A DNA stretch of 64,000 bases. Source: Octopus vulgaris. Its lineage: Eukaryota. The translations under genes were made by a program, and so were the position numbers. This document shows, in pieces, positions 62,895 to 64,000 of this stretch; position 1 is the stretch's first letter; each line of letters opens with the position of its first letter. The stretch covers positions 21,452,001 to 21,516,000 of the forward strand of contig OX597821.1 in NCBI GenBank assembly GCA_951406725.2, read 5' to 3'. The notes under the pieces are model-generated. The model did not search any database. It worked only from the letters and a program-made list of their open reading frames with translations, and was not told where the DNA came from.

Positions 62895-63027
62895 GCCACC
62901 GAAGTTTACGTTGCCTTTCTTCCTTTCAGGGTCGACAAATTAAGTACCAGTTGCGTGCTGAGGTTGACCTAATCAAGTGCCCCGCTCCTCCAAAATTTCG
63001 GACCTTATGCCTCCTGTAGAAAGGATT
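62895..63027 (+). mobile_element. SINE family B-related 3' fragment
   Basis: ttgcctttc.tcctttcagggtcgacaaattaagtaccagttgcg. Confidence 0.7.
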
Positions 63028-63103
63028 TTTACTTTCGTACTTACGCTTGATATTACACTACTAACTTCCTTCTTCTGCTTCTCTTTTTCTTTCTCTCTTT
63101 ATA

Positions 63104-63146
<43 letters not shown>

Positions 63147-63148
63147 AG

Positions 63149-63337
<189 letters not shown>

Positions 63338-63505
63338 TGCACGCACACATACCTTGCTTGCATGCCTTAGCATGCCTTACAGCATCGGATAAATTATGTT
63401 AACATACTGACATAGTTTCCAAGAGATCAACATGGAAACAGCCAAACATAATTATTCATGTGTAAGCAAGTACATATGCGCACACATGTGTGTCTGAATG
63501 CAAGT

Positions 63506-63571
<66 letters not shown>

Positions 63572-63902
63572 GTATATATGTATGTATATATCTGTGTGTG
63601 TATATATATATGTGCGTGTGTATGTGTATACACATACACAAGTTACTGTCTGTCTCTCCCGCAGCAAGTTTTGAAATATCACACGTTGTTTCGTCTTACA
63701 AGAACGCGTATACGACTATTAGTACAAAAACTAATAATACTACTACTAATGCCACAGCTGCTGTTGCAGGTACCAGAACTACTGCTTCTGTCACTGCTAC
63801 TGCACCTGCCACTACAACTCTGACTACTACAAAAGTTATTTCTACTACTACTACTACTACTATTATTTCAAGATCTTACATTTCTGGAATGTAGACGGGC
63901 TC

Positions 63903-64000
63903 AGTCGATTGCATCGACCCTGACAGGATAAAACGCAAAGCAAACCTCAGCGGAATTTGAACTCAGAACGTAAAGACGGACGAAATGTCGCTAAGCATGT
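63903..64000 (-). mobile_element. SINE family B fragment running off the window
   Basis: agtcgattgcatcgaccc..cctcagcggaatttgaactcagaacgta..gacgaaat..cgctaagcat. Confidence 0.8.

Overview
AT-rich eukaryotic (animal) non-coding DNA, packed with microsatellites and mobile-element relics. The SINE families and microsatellite style resemble an octopus/cephalopod genome (inference from recall, not a search). No intact host gene is visible, and almost all ORF-track entries are microsatellite artefacts. Supported content: (1) a near full-length R4/Dong-type RLE non-LTR retrotransposon in a (TAA)n tract, with its RT catalytic core deleted, plus fragments of two other R4/Dong-like families; (2) two tandem Tx1/L1-like 3' ends in a (GATA)n tract; (3) several Penelope-like relics in (TA)n tracts, with GIY-YIG remnants, direct or inverted pLTR-like repeats and minimal hammerhead-ribozyme motifs; (4) at least four tRNA-derived SINE types, several with TSDs; (5) mariner/Tc1 relics, a CR1/L2-group LINE end and a non-autonomous Helitron. 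The most interesting signals are apparent partitioning of microsatellite motifs among retroelement families, a set of hammerhead motifs, a CpG-decayed island holding an orphan exon-like segment, a candidate recursive splice site, a 106-bp-arm palindrome, an inverted GIY-YIG segment and a SINE-derived tandem array.
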